A stretch of DNA of 64,000 nt from an uncultured delta proteobacterium (lineage in GTDB: Bacteria > Desulfobacterota > Binatia > Binatales > Binataceae). The notes under the pieces are model-generated. The model was given only the letters and a program-made list of their open reading frames with translations. It was not told the origin of the DNA and made no database searches. The stretch spans positions 896,001 to 960,000 of the forward strand of contig CAVQEQ010000004.1 of assembly GCA_963711565.1 (NCBI GenBank), in the 5' to 3' direction. This document shows, piece by piece, positions 39,366-51,499 of the stretch. The stretch's first letter is position 1. Every line of letters starts with the position of its first letter. Position numbers and translations under genes: made by a program.

Positions 39366-40387
39366 GCTCTTGCGCAACGAGTCCTCGCCGTACGTACGAT
39401 CAAAATAGAGACTGTCGTAACCGCGACGCCAGCAATCATATCGACCAGGTAATGATGTCCTGCGAATGGAATAGCCACCAACATCAGTGCATTCAGAATA
39501 GCGACCGGCACAAAGCTTCGAAGCGGCGGGCGATTGACGTAGACCACGAGAACGGCGATGACAGTGTGAAATGACGGGAACGAGACGACCCCGGTCATAC
39601 TACCCAGCGCGAACTTCTGCAAACTACCATCGCGTAACGTCAGCAGCACCGCCGACCACCGCGGCATCCCGCCTTTGCCGTATGGACCGAGAGCCGGAAA
39701 GAGTCCCGACAGCGTGATGGTAATTAATCCCGATAGAATTCCAATCCACAGCAGCTCCCGATTTCGGTCCCTGCGTTTGATCGCCGCGAAAAAGGCAGTC
39801 AACAGCAACACCTGGATGATCGTGTTGTGATAGGCGTGTTCCAGTATGGATCTGAGCCATGGGCTCAATGCAGTAATCCAGTCGAAACCCGCATTCCAGT
39901 TAAATCCCAGCGCCGCGTCCGCCCGCGCGAACTGAGAATCCCACAGCGGCATTCGAAGAGTCGCGACCGCGTAGCTAAGAATTTCGAGCGCGACAAAGAA
40001 CCCTATCCACAGCGCGCAATAGTGCGCCGCCTCCGCCACTCGCGGGGCGCGTCGGCTGTAGTCGATCAGGAATCCGAACGCGGCGAACATGGCGACCCCT
40101 TTGACCACCGGCATCAATCCACTGATCTCGAACCCCGCGTGCCAGGCCCATAGCCAGTCGATCGATGCTAGCGTCAGTATTACCGCCCACGCTCTGAGGA
40201 TGTAGTCGGGGTCGTCGAGAAATTTCCGCGACACGTTCGCACTCGTCCGTGATGCGATGTTCAAGGACTCTGCCGCGGTCTCCGGGTATTCGGATATCGC
40301 CGCGGCGGGATCGATATTCGTGCTCTTTTGCAATGACTCTTCGCCTCGCTCCCGAACCTTGGACGCCGACGTGCCGATGGTGAGCAC
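39362..40387 (-). CDS. PAP2-superfamily membrane protein (Aur1/inositol-phosphorylceramide synthase-like)
   Basis: FPALGP, SFPSFH, GHHYLVD motifs; multiple TMs; start uncertain. Confidence 0.82.
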   Translation of the reverse strand: MLTIGTSASKVRERGEESLQKSTNIDPAAAISEYPETAAESLNIASRTSANVSRKFLDDPDYILRAWAVILTLASIDWLWAWHAGFEISGLMPVVKGVAMFAAFGFLIDYSRRAPRVAEAAHYCALWIGFFVALEILSYAVATLRMPLWDSQFARADAALGFNWNAGFDWITALSPWLRSILEHAYHNTIIQVLLLTAFFAAIKRRDRNRELLWIGILSGLITITLSGLFPALGPYGKGGMPRWSAVLLTLRDGSLQKFALGSMTGVVSFPSFHTVIAVLVVYVNRPPLRSFVPVAILNALMLVAIPFAGHHYLVDMIAGVAVTTVSILIVRTARTRCARA

Positions 40388-40502
40388 TTACTATGCCAGA
40401 ATCGCCCCGGCCAAAAAGCCCTTATCGAACTTTGACCTCCGGCGAGTTCGCCACGGTCTCGATCCTCTCCCATGTTGCATCGACGCAACAAACTCGGCAC
40501 GC

Positions 40503-40564
40503 GCTTTCGCGGACTCAATCGCGCCGGTAATCTAGTCGCGTGAAAGCTCTCGTAATCGGCGGCG
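40503..40564. repeat. 62-bp direct repeat, right copy (thiO promoter region and first codons)
   Basis: Contains TAATCT 6 nt upstream of the thiO GTG (leaderless-type -10) and codons MKALVIGG. Confidence 0.9.
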
Positions 40565-41682
40565 GCATAATCGGCAGCTCGGTCGCGTGGCGGCTCGCGT
40601 CCGAGGGCGTCCAGGTCTCGGTCTTCGAGCGGGGGCGTCTCGGGCTTGAAGCCTCATGGGCGGCGGCCGGACTCATCGGCCCTCAGGCCGAGGCGCACGA
40701 GCCCGGCGTATTCTTCGATCTCGCGCTGGCCGGCAAGCGCTCTTTCGACGCCGTCGTCGATCGCCTCACGGCCGAGAGCGGCGTCGATCCAGAGTACGAT
40801 CAACACGGCGTGCTGTACGTCGCATTCGACGATAGTGCGCGCGCCGAATTGCAGTCGCGTGCGCGATGGCAGCGTGCGGCCGGCGGCAACGTCGAGGAAC
40901 TGTCGCCGCGCGAGGCTTTCAAACTCGCGCCGGTGCTCTCGGAAAAGATCGTCTTCGCGCTGCACCTGCCCAACAATCGGCGCGTCGAGAATCGCAAGCT
41001 GACCCTTGCCTACATCAACGCGGCGACCCACGCCGGCGCAGACTTCCGTGAAGGCGCCCGCGTCAATTCGATCGCAATCGAAGGCGCGCGCGCCACCGGC
41101 ATCCGCCTCGCCGACGGCTCGCTCGAAAGCGGCAACGTCATCATCAACGCGGCCGGCGCATGGGCCGGCGACATTCGCGGCCTCGAAGACGATCGCATCC
41201 ACGTCTATCCGGTGCGCGGGCAAATCCTGTGCTTCGACGCGCGTCCCGGCCTGATCGGTCCCTCGATTTTTTCCAGCGCTGGAATATTGGTGCCGCGGCG
41301 CGACGGGAGAATCCTCGCCGGCTCGATTTTCGAGGAGGCGGGCTTCAACAAATCCGTCACGCTCGACGGGATGGAGCGAATCCTGCGCGCCGTGCGTGCG
41401 ATGGTCCCGTCGATCGCCTCCATTCCCTTTCGCGAAGCATGGGCTGGACTGCGCCCCGCCAGTGACGACCTGCTGCCGGTGCTGGGCCCGTCGCCGACGG
41501 TCGCGAACGTCCTCTACGCGGCCGGCCACTTCCGCAGCGGCATCCTGCTCTCCGCACTGACCGGCGAAGTGATCGCAGATCTTGTCAAAGGGCGTCAGCC
41601 CCCGATCGATCTCGCGCCATTCTCACCCGCACGCTTCCGCAACGGCGCCGCGCACCCGGTAAAGCTCGCCGACATGATATGA
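40540..41682 (+). CDS. thiO: Glycine oxidase ThiO (FAD-dependent, DAO family)
   Basis: VIGGGIIG, ASWAAAGLI, AAGAW, PVRGQ, WAGLRP, GHFRSGILL. Confidence 0.88.
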   Translation: MKALVIGGGIIGSSVAWRLASEGVQVSVFERGRLGLEASWAAAGLIGPQAEAHEPGVFFDLALAGKRSFDAVVDRLTAESGVDPEYDQHGVLYVAFDDSARAELQSRARWQRAAGGNVEELSPREAFKLAPVLSEKIVFALHLPNNRRVENRKLTLAYINAATHAGADFREGARVNSIAIEGARATGIRLADGSLESGNVIINAAGAWAGDIRGLEDDRIHVYPVRGQILCFDARPGLIGPSIFSSAGILVPRRDGRILAGSIFEEAGFNKSVTLDGMERILRAVRAMVPSIASIPFREAWAGLRPASDDLLPVLGPSPTVANVLYAAGHFRSGILLSALTGEVIADLVKGRQPPIDLAPFSPARFRNGAAHPVKLADMI

Positions 41683-42041
41683 GCCGCACCGTCGCACTGG
41701 GATTGATCCGCGACTTATTCTTCCGCGCGAAGATCGACGCGGTCGCCGCCGCCGTCGGCGCCGAAGTCGAGTATGTTTCATCGCTCGACGCCATAGCCGC
41801 GCGATGCGCCGCGACGCACCCCTCGATCATATTCACCGACCTCTCCGACGCGACGTTTCCCGCGCTCGACACACTGAAGCAAATCCGCGCCGCCGCTCCC
41901 GGCGCGCGCGTCATAGGATTCGCCTCGCATGTGGATCTGAAATCCTTGAAAGCCGCGCGCGACGCCGGTTACGAGCTGACGCTCTCGCGCAGCGAATTCA
42001 CCGCCCAACTCCCGGTCTTGCTGAAAGCGTCGACGCGCTGA
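41679..42041 (+). CDS. Atypical stand-alone receiver-like (CheY-fold) protein
   Basis: DLFF N-terminal motif, IFTDL, GFASHVD..ARDAG; ATGA overlap with thiO. Confidence 0.7.
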   Translation: MSRTVALGLIRDLFFRAKIDAVAAAVGAEVEYVSSLDAIAARCAATHPSIIFTDLSDATFPALDTLKQIRAAAPGARVIGFASHVDLKSLKAARDAGYELTLSRSEFTAQLPVLLKASTR

Positions 42042-42092
42042 CTTTCAGTTATCCCCCTCCGGCGGGCTCGCTAATCGCTGCGCCGGAGCCGT

Positions 42093-42127
42093 CCTCTAAC
42101 CCCTGTCCCTTCTGAGGGGGAACAGGA
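42093..42127. repeat. Degenerate family A repeat
   Basis: CTAACCCCTGTCCCTTC-TGA-GGGGGAACAGGA. Confidence 0.45.
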
Positions 42128-42498
42128 GCGATGCAGCGTATGCATCATCCTGCAATCTCTTCACGCGCAAAGCCAATAAATGCATCTGTGTGCATATATG
42201 TGATATGAAAAGAGAGAGAAAAGTTATTTTCGAGAGACTTGCAATCTTATAGCGACATTGATAAGTACTCGCTCGGTTCACCCAAGCCTGTGGTTTCACC
42301 GAGGTCGCAACGACCTCAATGAGCCAAACGACATAGCCGTTTCCAAATGAAGTGACTGCTCACTTCTTCGAAAAACACGACGAGCAGCCGGAGGTGGATG
42401 TGTGCCCGCGCGTTCAGAGAAAGCGCAGGCGCCGCGGAACAGCCTCGCCCGCGATTGCGCGCAAACGAAATCGAGCGGCAGGGCAAAGGAGTCAGGAT

Positions 42499-43923
42499 GT
42501 GAAGACTCGGACAGCTCTACGAACCATAGCTTTGACAGTGTTTGCGCTCGCGACCGCGACAATAGAATCGCCCGACGCATACGGCGGTCCGGCCAATCGC
42601 GACGCATCGAGGCAAGCCAACTATCCCATCAACCTCGACGGCTTCGGCGCGCCATTGCCGGCGGTCGCGAGCAACGTCTCGGACCTCGGCATCTTCGCCA
42701 CCGGCCAGATCAACTTCAAGGAAATCGAAGATCTCCCTCAACTGGGGCCGCTCTTTAACGGCACCACCTGCACCGGATGCCATTCGCAGCCGTCCACCGG
42801 CGGCGGCGGTCTCTTTATCAACGAGATCCGCGTGCGCAACAACGCCGACCCCGGCCCGGTACACATCTTCGCGGCCGATAATATGTTGCGCAACGGTCCG
42901 CAGACGCAGGGTGGCACGCCGATCTTTGTGGGCGGGATGCAAGCCGAGCCGCTCGGATGCCAAATTACGGTCCCCGGATGCCAACTGTCGGCATGCCAGC
43001 AAGAGGAGGTGATGAAGACCACCTTCGACACCGACTTGCCGACCTGCGATCCGACCAGCGCGAACTTTGCCGGCGGCGGCAACTGCGTCGTAGGACGCTC
43101 CGCACTTCCGCTGTTCGGCGACGGCCTGGTCGAAGCCGTGTCGGATCAGACGTTGATCCAACTGGCGCAGAAGGAGCCACAGTCCGTTCAAGGCGTGGTC
43201 AAAATGGTCACCGAAAACTTCCTGAGCACCCCGCACGTCGCGCGCTTCGGCTGGAAGGACGATCACGTCTTCCTGCGCGGCTTCGCCGGCGACGCGTATC
43301 TGAATGAAATGGGAATCTCGAACCCGGACAATCCGGTCAACACGAGCAGTTGCGCGCTGGGTGTCACCCAATACGGCGTCGCGCTCGAAGATACCGGCAT
43401 CGAAGATACGATCGACCCCGACGGCGAAGCCGATATCGATCGCTTCTCGGACTTCATGCGCGCGCTGGCGCCGCCGCCGACGATTCCGCAGAACGCGTCG
43501 GCGTCGAGGGGCAAGAATCTTTTCAGTCAGCTGGGATGCGCCGGATGCCATGCGCCGTCGCTGACCACCGCCTCCAACCCGGCATCATTCATACCGTCAT
43601 CGACCGGCGGCATCGCGATCAGCTCGACACTAAATAAAGATCTTGCGAATCAGACCTTCCACCCGTACAGCGACTACCTGTTGCACAGCATGGGTGCGCT
43701 GGGTGACGGCATCACGTCCGGCACCGCCGGTCCTACGATGATGCGGACGGCCCCGCTGTGGGGCATCCGCGCCAAATCCGTCTTCCTGCACGACGGTCGC
43801 GCCGGCGATATCCCGGCTGCAATCTCCCTGCACGACGGCCAGGGCAAAGCAGCATCGCAAGCCTTCCAGGCGCTATCAACGTCGCAACAGCAGGACCTGG
43901 TAAACTTCCTCGACACTCTCTAA
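42499..43923 (+). CDS. Secreted di-heme oxidoreductase family (DHOR) protein
   Basis: LGPLFNGTTCTGCH, LFGDGLVEAV, RFGWK, AYLNEMG, GCAGCH, YSDYLLHSMG, RTAPLWG, LHDGRA; GTG 42499 follows AAGGAG and precedes a signal peptide. Confidence 0.9.
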   Translation: MKTRTALRTIALTVFALATATIESPDAYGGPANRDASRQANYPINLDGFGAPLPAVASNVSDLGIFATGQINFKEIEDLPQLGPLFNGTTCTGCHSQPSTGGGGLFINEIRVRNNADPGPVHIFAADNMLRNGPQTQGGTPIFVGGMQAEPLGCQITVPGCQLSACQQEEVMKTTFDTDLPTCDPTSANFAGGGNCVVGRSALPLFGDGLVEAVSDQTLIQLAQKEPQSVQGVVKMVTENFLSTPHVARFGWKDDHVFLRGFAGDAYLNEMGISNPDNPVNTSSCALGVTQYGVALEDTGIEDTIDPDGEADIDRFSDFMRALAPPPTIPQNASASRGKNLFSQLGCAGCHAPSLTTASNPASFIPSSTGGIAISSTLNKDLANQTFHPYSDYLLHSMGALGDGITSGTAGPTMMRTAPLWGIRAKSVFLHDGRAGDIPAAISLHDGQGKAASQAFQALSTSQQQDLVNFLDTL

Positions 43924-43932
43924 GCACCCACA

Positions 43933-43967
43933 AATTGCGCGGGGGAGCATTGCTTCCCCGCGCGATT
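43933..43967 (+). terminator. GC-rich hairpin after the DHOR gene
   Basis: GCGCGGGGGAGCA-T-TGCTTCCCCGCGC stem-loop; no long T-tract. Confidence 0.45.
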
Positions 43968-44030
43968 CATACCTCCGGCCTTCATTTCAATTAAGTTCTT
44001 TGGGTCTCTCGCCAGTGCTATAAATTTTTC

Positions 44031-47000
44031 ATGCCCGCTCCGCTCGACGATTTCCATCCCGCCGTTCGCGCATGGTTCGAGCGGCGTTTCGATGCGCCCT
44101 CGCGCGCGCAGGAGCTCGGATGGCCCGTAATCGGTGCAGCCAACGAGGCGCCTGGCTTCGACGTCCTTCTATGCGCGCCGACCGGCAGCGGCAAGACGCT
44201 CGCCGCGTTCATGTGGGCGATCAACGGGCTGGTGCTCGACGCATCGCGCGTCGCCCTTCGCGACGAAGTCTCGGTGCTCTATGTGTCGCCGCTCAAGGCG
44301 CTCGCCAACGACATCAGGCTGAATCTCGAGGAGCCGCTGCACGGTGTGCGAGACGCCGGCGCCGAAGCGGGGCTCGATCTTTCGCGCATCCGAGCCGGCC
44401 TTCGCACCGGCGACACTTCCGCGAGCGAGCGCACGGCGATGCTCCGGCGGCCGCCGCACATCCTCGTAACGACGCCGGAGTCGTTGTTCATCCTGCTGAC
44501 CTCGCCGAAGTTCCGCGAGAAGCTCGCCAATGTACGCCACGTGATCGTCGATGAACTCCACGCGCTCGCCGGCAACAAGCGCGGGGCGCATCTCGCGTTG
44601 ACGCTGGAGCGCCTCGAGCGCTTCGTGACGAGTCGCGGGAATGCGCGCCCTAATCGAATCGGGCTTTCGGCGACGCTGAATCCAATCGAAAAGCTGGCCG
44701 GATTCCTGGCTGGCTATGATGTAGCTGGTGACAACACGCGCACGCCGCGTCCGATCAAAATAGTTCGCGCCGACGATCGCGTCCGTGCGATGGATTTGCA
44801 GGTCATCGCACCCGGCCCCGAGCTGGGACCGCTCGCGACGCATCCGCATTGGGAGGCGATGTACGACGAAGTCGCGCGCCTCATCGGCGAGCATCGCACG
44901 ACGCTGGTCTTCACTCTGAGCCGCCGCCACGCCGAGCGGGTCGCGCTGAATCTGCAGAAGCGGCTCGGTATCGACGCGGTGATGGCGCATCATGGCAGCC
45001 TCGCGCGCAGCGAGCGGCTGCTTGCCGAGCAACGCCTCAAGCGCGGCGAGTTGAAAGCGATCGTCGCGACCGCGTCGCTTGAACTCGGCATCAACGTCGG
45101 CGCCGTCGAGCTCGTATGCCAGCTCGATACGCCCAAATCTATCTCGGCTGCGATTCAGCGCATCGGCCGCTCGGGGCACAGCCTCGGCGCGACGCCCAAG
45201 GGCCGCTTCTTCGCGCTAACAACCGACGATCTGCTCGAATGCGGCGCGGCTGTGCGGGCGATTCGCCGCGGCCATCTCGACGAAGTGGAAATCCCGATGG
45301 GATGCGTCGATATAGCGGCGCAGCAAATCGTCGCAATCGCCGCCGAGGAAGAGGAAATCACAGACGCCGAGCTGCTGCGCGTGCTGCGGAGTGCCTACAA
45401 CTTCGGCGATCTCGACGCCGCCCGCCTGCGCCATCTGCTCGAACAGCTCGCCGCCGAGTTGCCCGAGCGAATCATGGGCGCGGCGCCGAAAATTTTCTTC
45501 GATCGCGTCAACGCCCGCGTCCGCCCGCGCCGATCCGCGCGGCTGTCGGCAATCACCTCGGGCGGAACGATCCCCGAAGCCGGCAACTACGACGTCGTGA
45601 TCGAGTCCGAGGGTCGCAAGGTCGGCAACGTCGAGGAGGACTTCGCGCAGGAGTCGTCGCGCGGCGACGTGTTCTCGCTCGGCTCGATGCCGTGGCAGAT
45701 TCAGCGCATCTCGCGCGGGCGCCTGATGGTCGAGCCGGCGCCCGGGATGGCGCCGACGCTGCCGTTCTGGCAGACCGAGGCGGGCGGCCGCTCTCAGGCG
45801 CTGTCGGCCGAGATTTGCGATCTGCGTCACGAGATTTGGAATCGCCTCGAGCGTAACGAGTCGGCCGAAGAGTGGCTGATAAGCGAATGCGCGATGTCGG
45901 AGCGCGCGGCGACGCAAGCCGCCGACTACGTGCGTCGTGGCGTGGAAGCGCTCGGCGCGATCCCGGACGCGAAGACCGTCGTCGTCGAGCGTTTTTTCGA
46001 CGGCCTGGGCGGCACGCAAATCGTCATCCACACGCCGTTCGGGATTCGTCTCAACCGCGGACTGGGCCTCGCGATTCGAAAGCGCCTGTGCCAGTCGTTC
46101 GATTTCGAAATCCAGGCGTCCGCGATCGACGACGGCGTCCTGCTGGCGCTGAACTCGCGCCACAGCTTTCCGCTCGACACGCTGTTCAGCATGCTGAAGG
46201 CGCGCAACGCGCGCGACGTACTCGTGCAGGCGCTGCTGGCGGCGCCGATGTTCGAAGTGCGCTTCCGTCATGTGGCGACGCGCGCGCTGGCCGTGATGCG
46301 TTCGTCGCGCGGCAAGAAAGTACCCGCGTGGATTCAGCGCCTGCGATCGCAGGAACTTCTGTCGTCGATTTTTCCCGGCCAGCAAGCATGCTTCGAGAAC
46401 CGGCCCGGCGCGATCGAGCTGCCGGATCATTTTGTGATCGACGAAACGATTCGCGAGTGCCTCGAGGAATCCACCGACCTGCCGCGCACAATCCGGATGC
46501 TCGAAGGAATCGAGAGCGGCGCAATTCGCACCGTCGGCGTTGACGCGATCGCGCCGTCCGTGTTTGCGCATCGCCTGTTGCTCGCGTGGGACTACTCGTT
46601 CCTCGACGACGGCGAGCGCGCCAACCGCCGCTCGCGCACCGTCACGATGAATCGCGGCATGGCCGAGGACGTTTTCCGCAAGGAGGACCTGTCGGAGCTG
46701 CTCTCCTCGGAGGCGGTCGACAGCGTCGTCGCCGAAGTGACGGGCCGTGCTGCGGGACGCAGGCCGCGCTCGCGCGACGAGCTGTACGAATTGATTCGCG
46801 TGCACGGCGCGATGACGTTGGCTGAGGTTGAAGAACGCGTTGGCGAAGGCGCGCGTGTAATGATCGCGGAGCTGGACGCCGAGGGCAGACTCGCGCGCGT
46901 CAGCGTCAGCGGCGAATCAGTGGAGAGAATTATCGCGAGCGAGGACAAAGATATCTTCGCCGCCGCATACGACAACATCGGCGATGGCGAAGCTGCGCGC

Positions 47001-48500
47001 GTCGAACTCGCGCGGCGCGCGATGAAGACTTGCGGGCCGACGACCGCTCGCGAAGTTGCCGCCCGATTGCGTTTCAAAGAGTCGGACATCGAGCAGAGCC
47101 TCGCGGCGCTGGAAGGGCAGGGCGCAGTTTTCCGAGGCCACTTCACGCGCTCCGACACCATCCAGTGGTGCGACCGCTACAACCTCGAACGGATTCATCG
47201 GATGACGCTGGCGCGCGTGCGCGCTGAAATCGAGCCGTGCGCCGATCACGAATACGCCGCGTTCCGGCTGCGATGGATGCATGTCGGCGGCGCTGAGCTT
47301 CCCGCCGATCAGACCGGAGTCGCGGCGGTGCTCGAGCAGCTCTCAGGAATCGCGGCGACGCCCGAGATTTGGGAACACGCGATTCTGCCGGCGCGAATCG
47401 CGGGATACCGGCCTGAGATGCTCGATCTCGTCTGCATGAGCGGTCAGATGAAGTGGGTCGCGATTCCGGGAGAACATATCGAAGGTGCGCATCCTGTGAG
47501 CACGCCGTCGCGGATTACGTTCGTCGCCCGCAAAGCAAACCTGTTCGTGCCGCACGCAGATGCTGCCTCCGAAGAGGCAAAGGAGAATGCGGTGCTGGAG
47601 GCTCTGGGAGCCTTCGGTGCGCAGTACCTGGACGAGGTCGCGGAGCGCGCGAACGTCTCCGAGCGCGATGCGCTTTCTGCTCTGTGGCGGATGGCGGCGG
47701 CGGGGCGCGTCAGCAACGACAGCTTCGCGCCGCTCAGGATGTTCGCCGGCGATCGCGGCGCCGAGCGCGTGCTCGAGTCCGTCGCGCGCCGACCGACGAC
47801 TCGCCATGACGCCGCACTGCGTGCGCGCCTGAAGTCGAGCCTCGCCGGCCGCTGGTCGCTGATTCACGCAAGCGAAGGTGCCGGCGACGCGCGAGAACTC
47901 GCGCTCAAGCTGCTCGAGCGTCACGGAATTCTCGCGCGCGAGATGCTCGGATTCGAATCGACGCATATCTCGTGGAGCGAGATCGCATTCGAGCTGCGGC
48001 GGCTCGAATATGGCGGCACGATTCGGCGCGGATGGTTCGTGCGCTCGCTCTCCGGCGAGCAGTACGCGCTGCCCGAGGCCGTAGAGATGCTGCACGCGGC
48101 GCGGAATCTTATTGCGGCGCGCGAGAAACCCATTGCGCTAAGCGCGATCGATCCCGCCAATCCCTATGGTGTCGTGATTCCGGGATGCGGTATCGCGCGC
48201 GAGGCTGGCAACGTGATCGTGCTGCGCGCCGGTCGCGTAGTCGCGGGATTGCAGGGACGCGCGATGATTACCGGCGGCGATCGCGAGGTGGACGACGAGA
48301 GTTTCGGCGCGGCGGTCGCGGCTCTGATGACGCTGAAGCCGCATATTACGATCGATTCAATCGACGGTGTCGCGGCGCTCGAATCGTCGCGAGTTGGAAT
48401 CCTGGCCGCGATGCGATTCCATTCGGACGGCCGCTCGCTGGTTTTCGACGGCCTGCATGGCCCGGCACCGTCGCGCTCGCGTCAGGTGAACTTAAAGTGA
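44031..48500 (+). CDS. lhr: Lhr family ATP-dependent DEAD/DEAH helicase, long form (1489 aa)
   Basis: APTGSGKTLAAF, YVSPLKALAND, RTGDT, TTPESL, VDELH, GLSAT, HHGSL, QRIGRSGH; C-terminal LLERHGIL...IRRGWFV..LSGEQYALP and SAIDPANPYG. Confidence 0.92.
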   Translation: MPAPLDDFHPAVRAWFERRFDAPSRAQELGWPVIGAANEAPGFDVLLCAPTGSGKTLAAFMWAINGLVLDASRVALRDEVSVLYVSPLKALANDIRLNLEEPLHGVRDAGAEAGLDLSRIRAGLRTGDTSASERTAMLRRPPHILVTTPESLFILLTSPKFREKLANVRHVIVDELHALAGNKRGAHLALTLERLERFVTSRGNARPNRIGLSATLNPIEKLAGFLAGYDVAGDNTRTPRPIKIVRADDRVRAMDLQVIAPGPELGPLATHPHWEAMYDEVARLIGEHRTTLVFTLSRRHAERVALNLQKRLGIDAVMAHHGSLARSERLLAEQRLKRGELKAIVATASLELGINVGAVELVCQLDTPKSISAAIQRIGRSGHSLGATPKGRFFALTTDDLLECGAAVRAIRRGHLDEVEIPMGCVDIAAQQIVAIAAEEEEITDAELLRVLRSAYNFGDLDAARLRHLLEQLAAELPERIMGAAPKIFFDRVNARVRPRRSARLSAITSGGTIPEAGNYDVVIESEGRKVGNVEEDFAQESSRGDVFSLGSMPWQIQRISRGRLMVEPAPGMAPTLPFWQTEAGGRSQALSAEICDLRHEIWNRLERNESAEEWLISECAMSERAATQAADYVRRGVEALGAIPDAKTVVVERFFDGLGGTQIVIHTPFGIRLNRGLGLAIRKRLCQSFDFEIQASAIDDGVLLALNSRHSFPLDTLFSMLKARNARDVLVQALLAAPMFEVRFRHVATRALAVMRSSRGKKVPAWIQRLRSQELLSSIFPGQQACFENRPGAIELPDHFVIDETIRECLEESTDLPRTIRMLEGIESGAIRTVGVDAIAPSVFAHRLLLAWDYSFLDDGERANRRSRTVTMNRGMAEDVFRKEDLSELLSSEAVDSVVAEVTGRAAGRRPRSRDELYELIRVHGAMTLAEVEERVGEGARVMIAELDAEGRLARVSVSGESVERIIASEDKDIFAAAYDNIGDGEAARVELARRAMKTCGPTTAREVAARLRFKESDIEQSLAALEGQGAVFRGHFTRSDTIQWCDRYNLERIHRMTLARVRAEIEPCADHEYAAFRLRWMHVGGAELPADQTGVAAVLEQLSGIAATPEIWEHAILPARIAGYRPEMLDLVCMSGQMKWVAIPGEHIEGAHPVSTPSRITFVARKANLFVPHADAASEEAKENAVLEALGAFGAQYLDEVAERANVSERDALSALWRMAAAGRVSNDSFAPLRMFAGDRGAERVLESVARRPTTRHDAALRARLKSSLAGRWSLIHASEGAGDARELALKLLERHGILAREMLGFESTHISWSEIAFELRRLEYGGTIRRGWFVRSLSGEQYALPEAVEMLHAARNLIAAREKPIALSAIDPANPYGVVIPGCGIAREAGNVIVLRAGRVVAGLQGRAMITGGDREVDDESFGAAVAALMTLKPHITIDSIDGVAALESSRVGILAAMRFHSDGRSLVFDGLHGPAPSRSRQVNLK

Positions 48501-48518
48501 TGGTTGAAGAAGAGAAAA

Positions 48519-48561
48519 GAACCTAACCCCTAACCCCTTCCCGCGCGGGAAGGGGAACCGG
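48519..48561. repeat. REP-like element family A, copy 3 (reverse)
   Basis: GAACCTAACCCCTAACCCCTTCCCGCGCGGGAAGGGGAACCGG; one mismatch versus 12351-12393. Confidence 0.85.
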
Positions 48562-48736
48562 TCGCAGAGACCCAGCCGACGCCGGCGCCGTCTTCCGCGA
48601 TTTGCCAGTTGCTTGGGCGCGCTCGCGCGCTATTCTGAACACATAGCAAATTAATTGGATTGGCTGGCGCATGGGAGTTGAAAATTCGCGTCCCCTTCCA
48701 CAACCGCGATCGCATCAGGAGGGCAGGGCTCTAGCA

Positions 48737-51495
<2,759 letters not shown>

Positions 51496-51499
<4 letters not shown>

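Noticed and set aside
42290-42490. Possible riboswitch in the DHOR leader
   Set aside because: Some hairpin potential, but I could not match any known aptamer consensus; an Infernal/Rfam scan is needed.
45216-46805. 529-aa minus-strand ORF (and 48731-50251)
   Set aside because: Antisense shadows of lhr and acnA.
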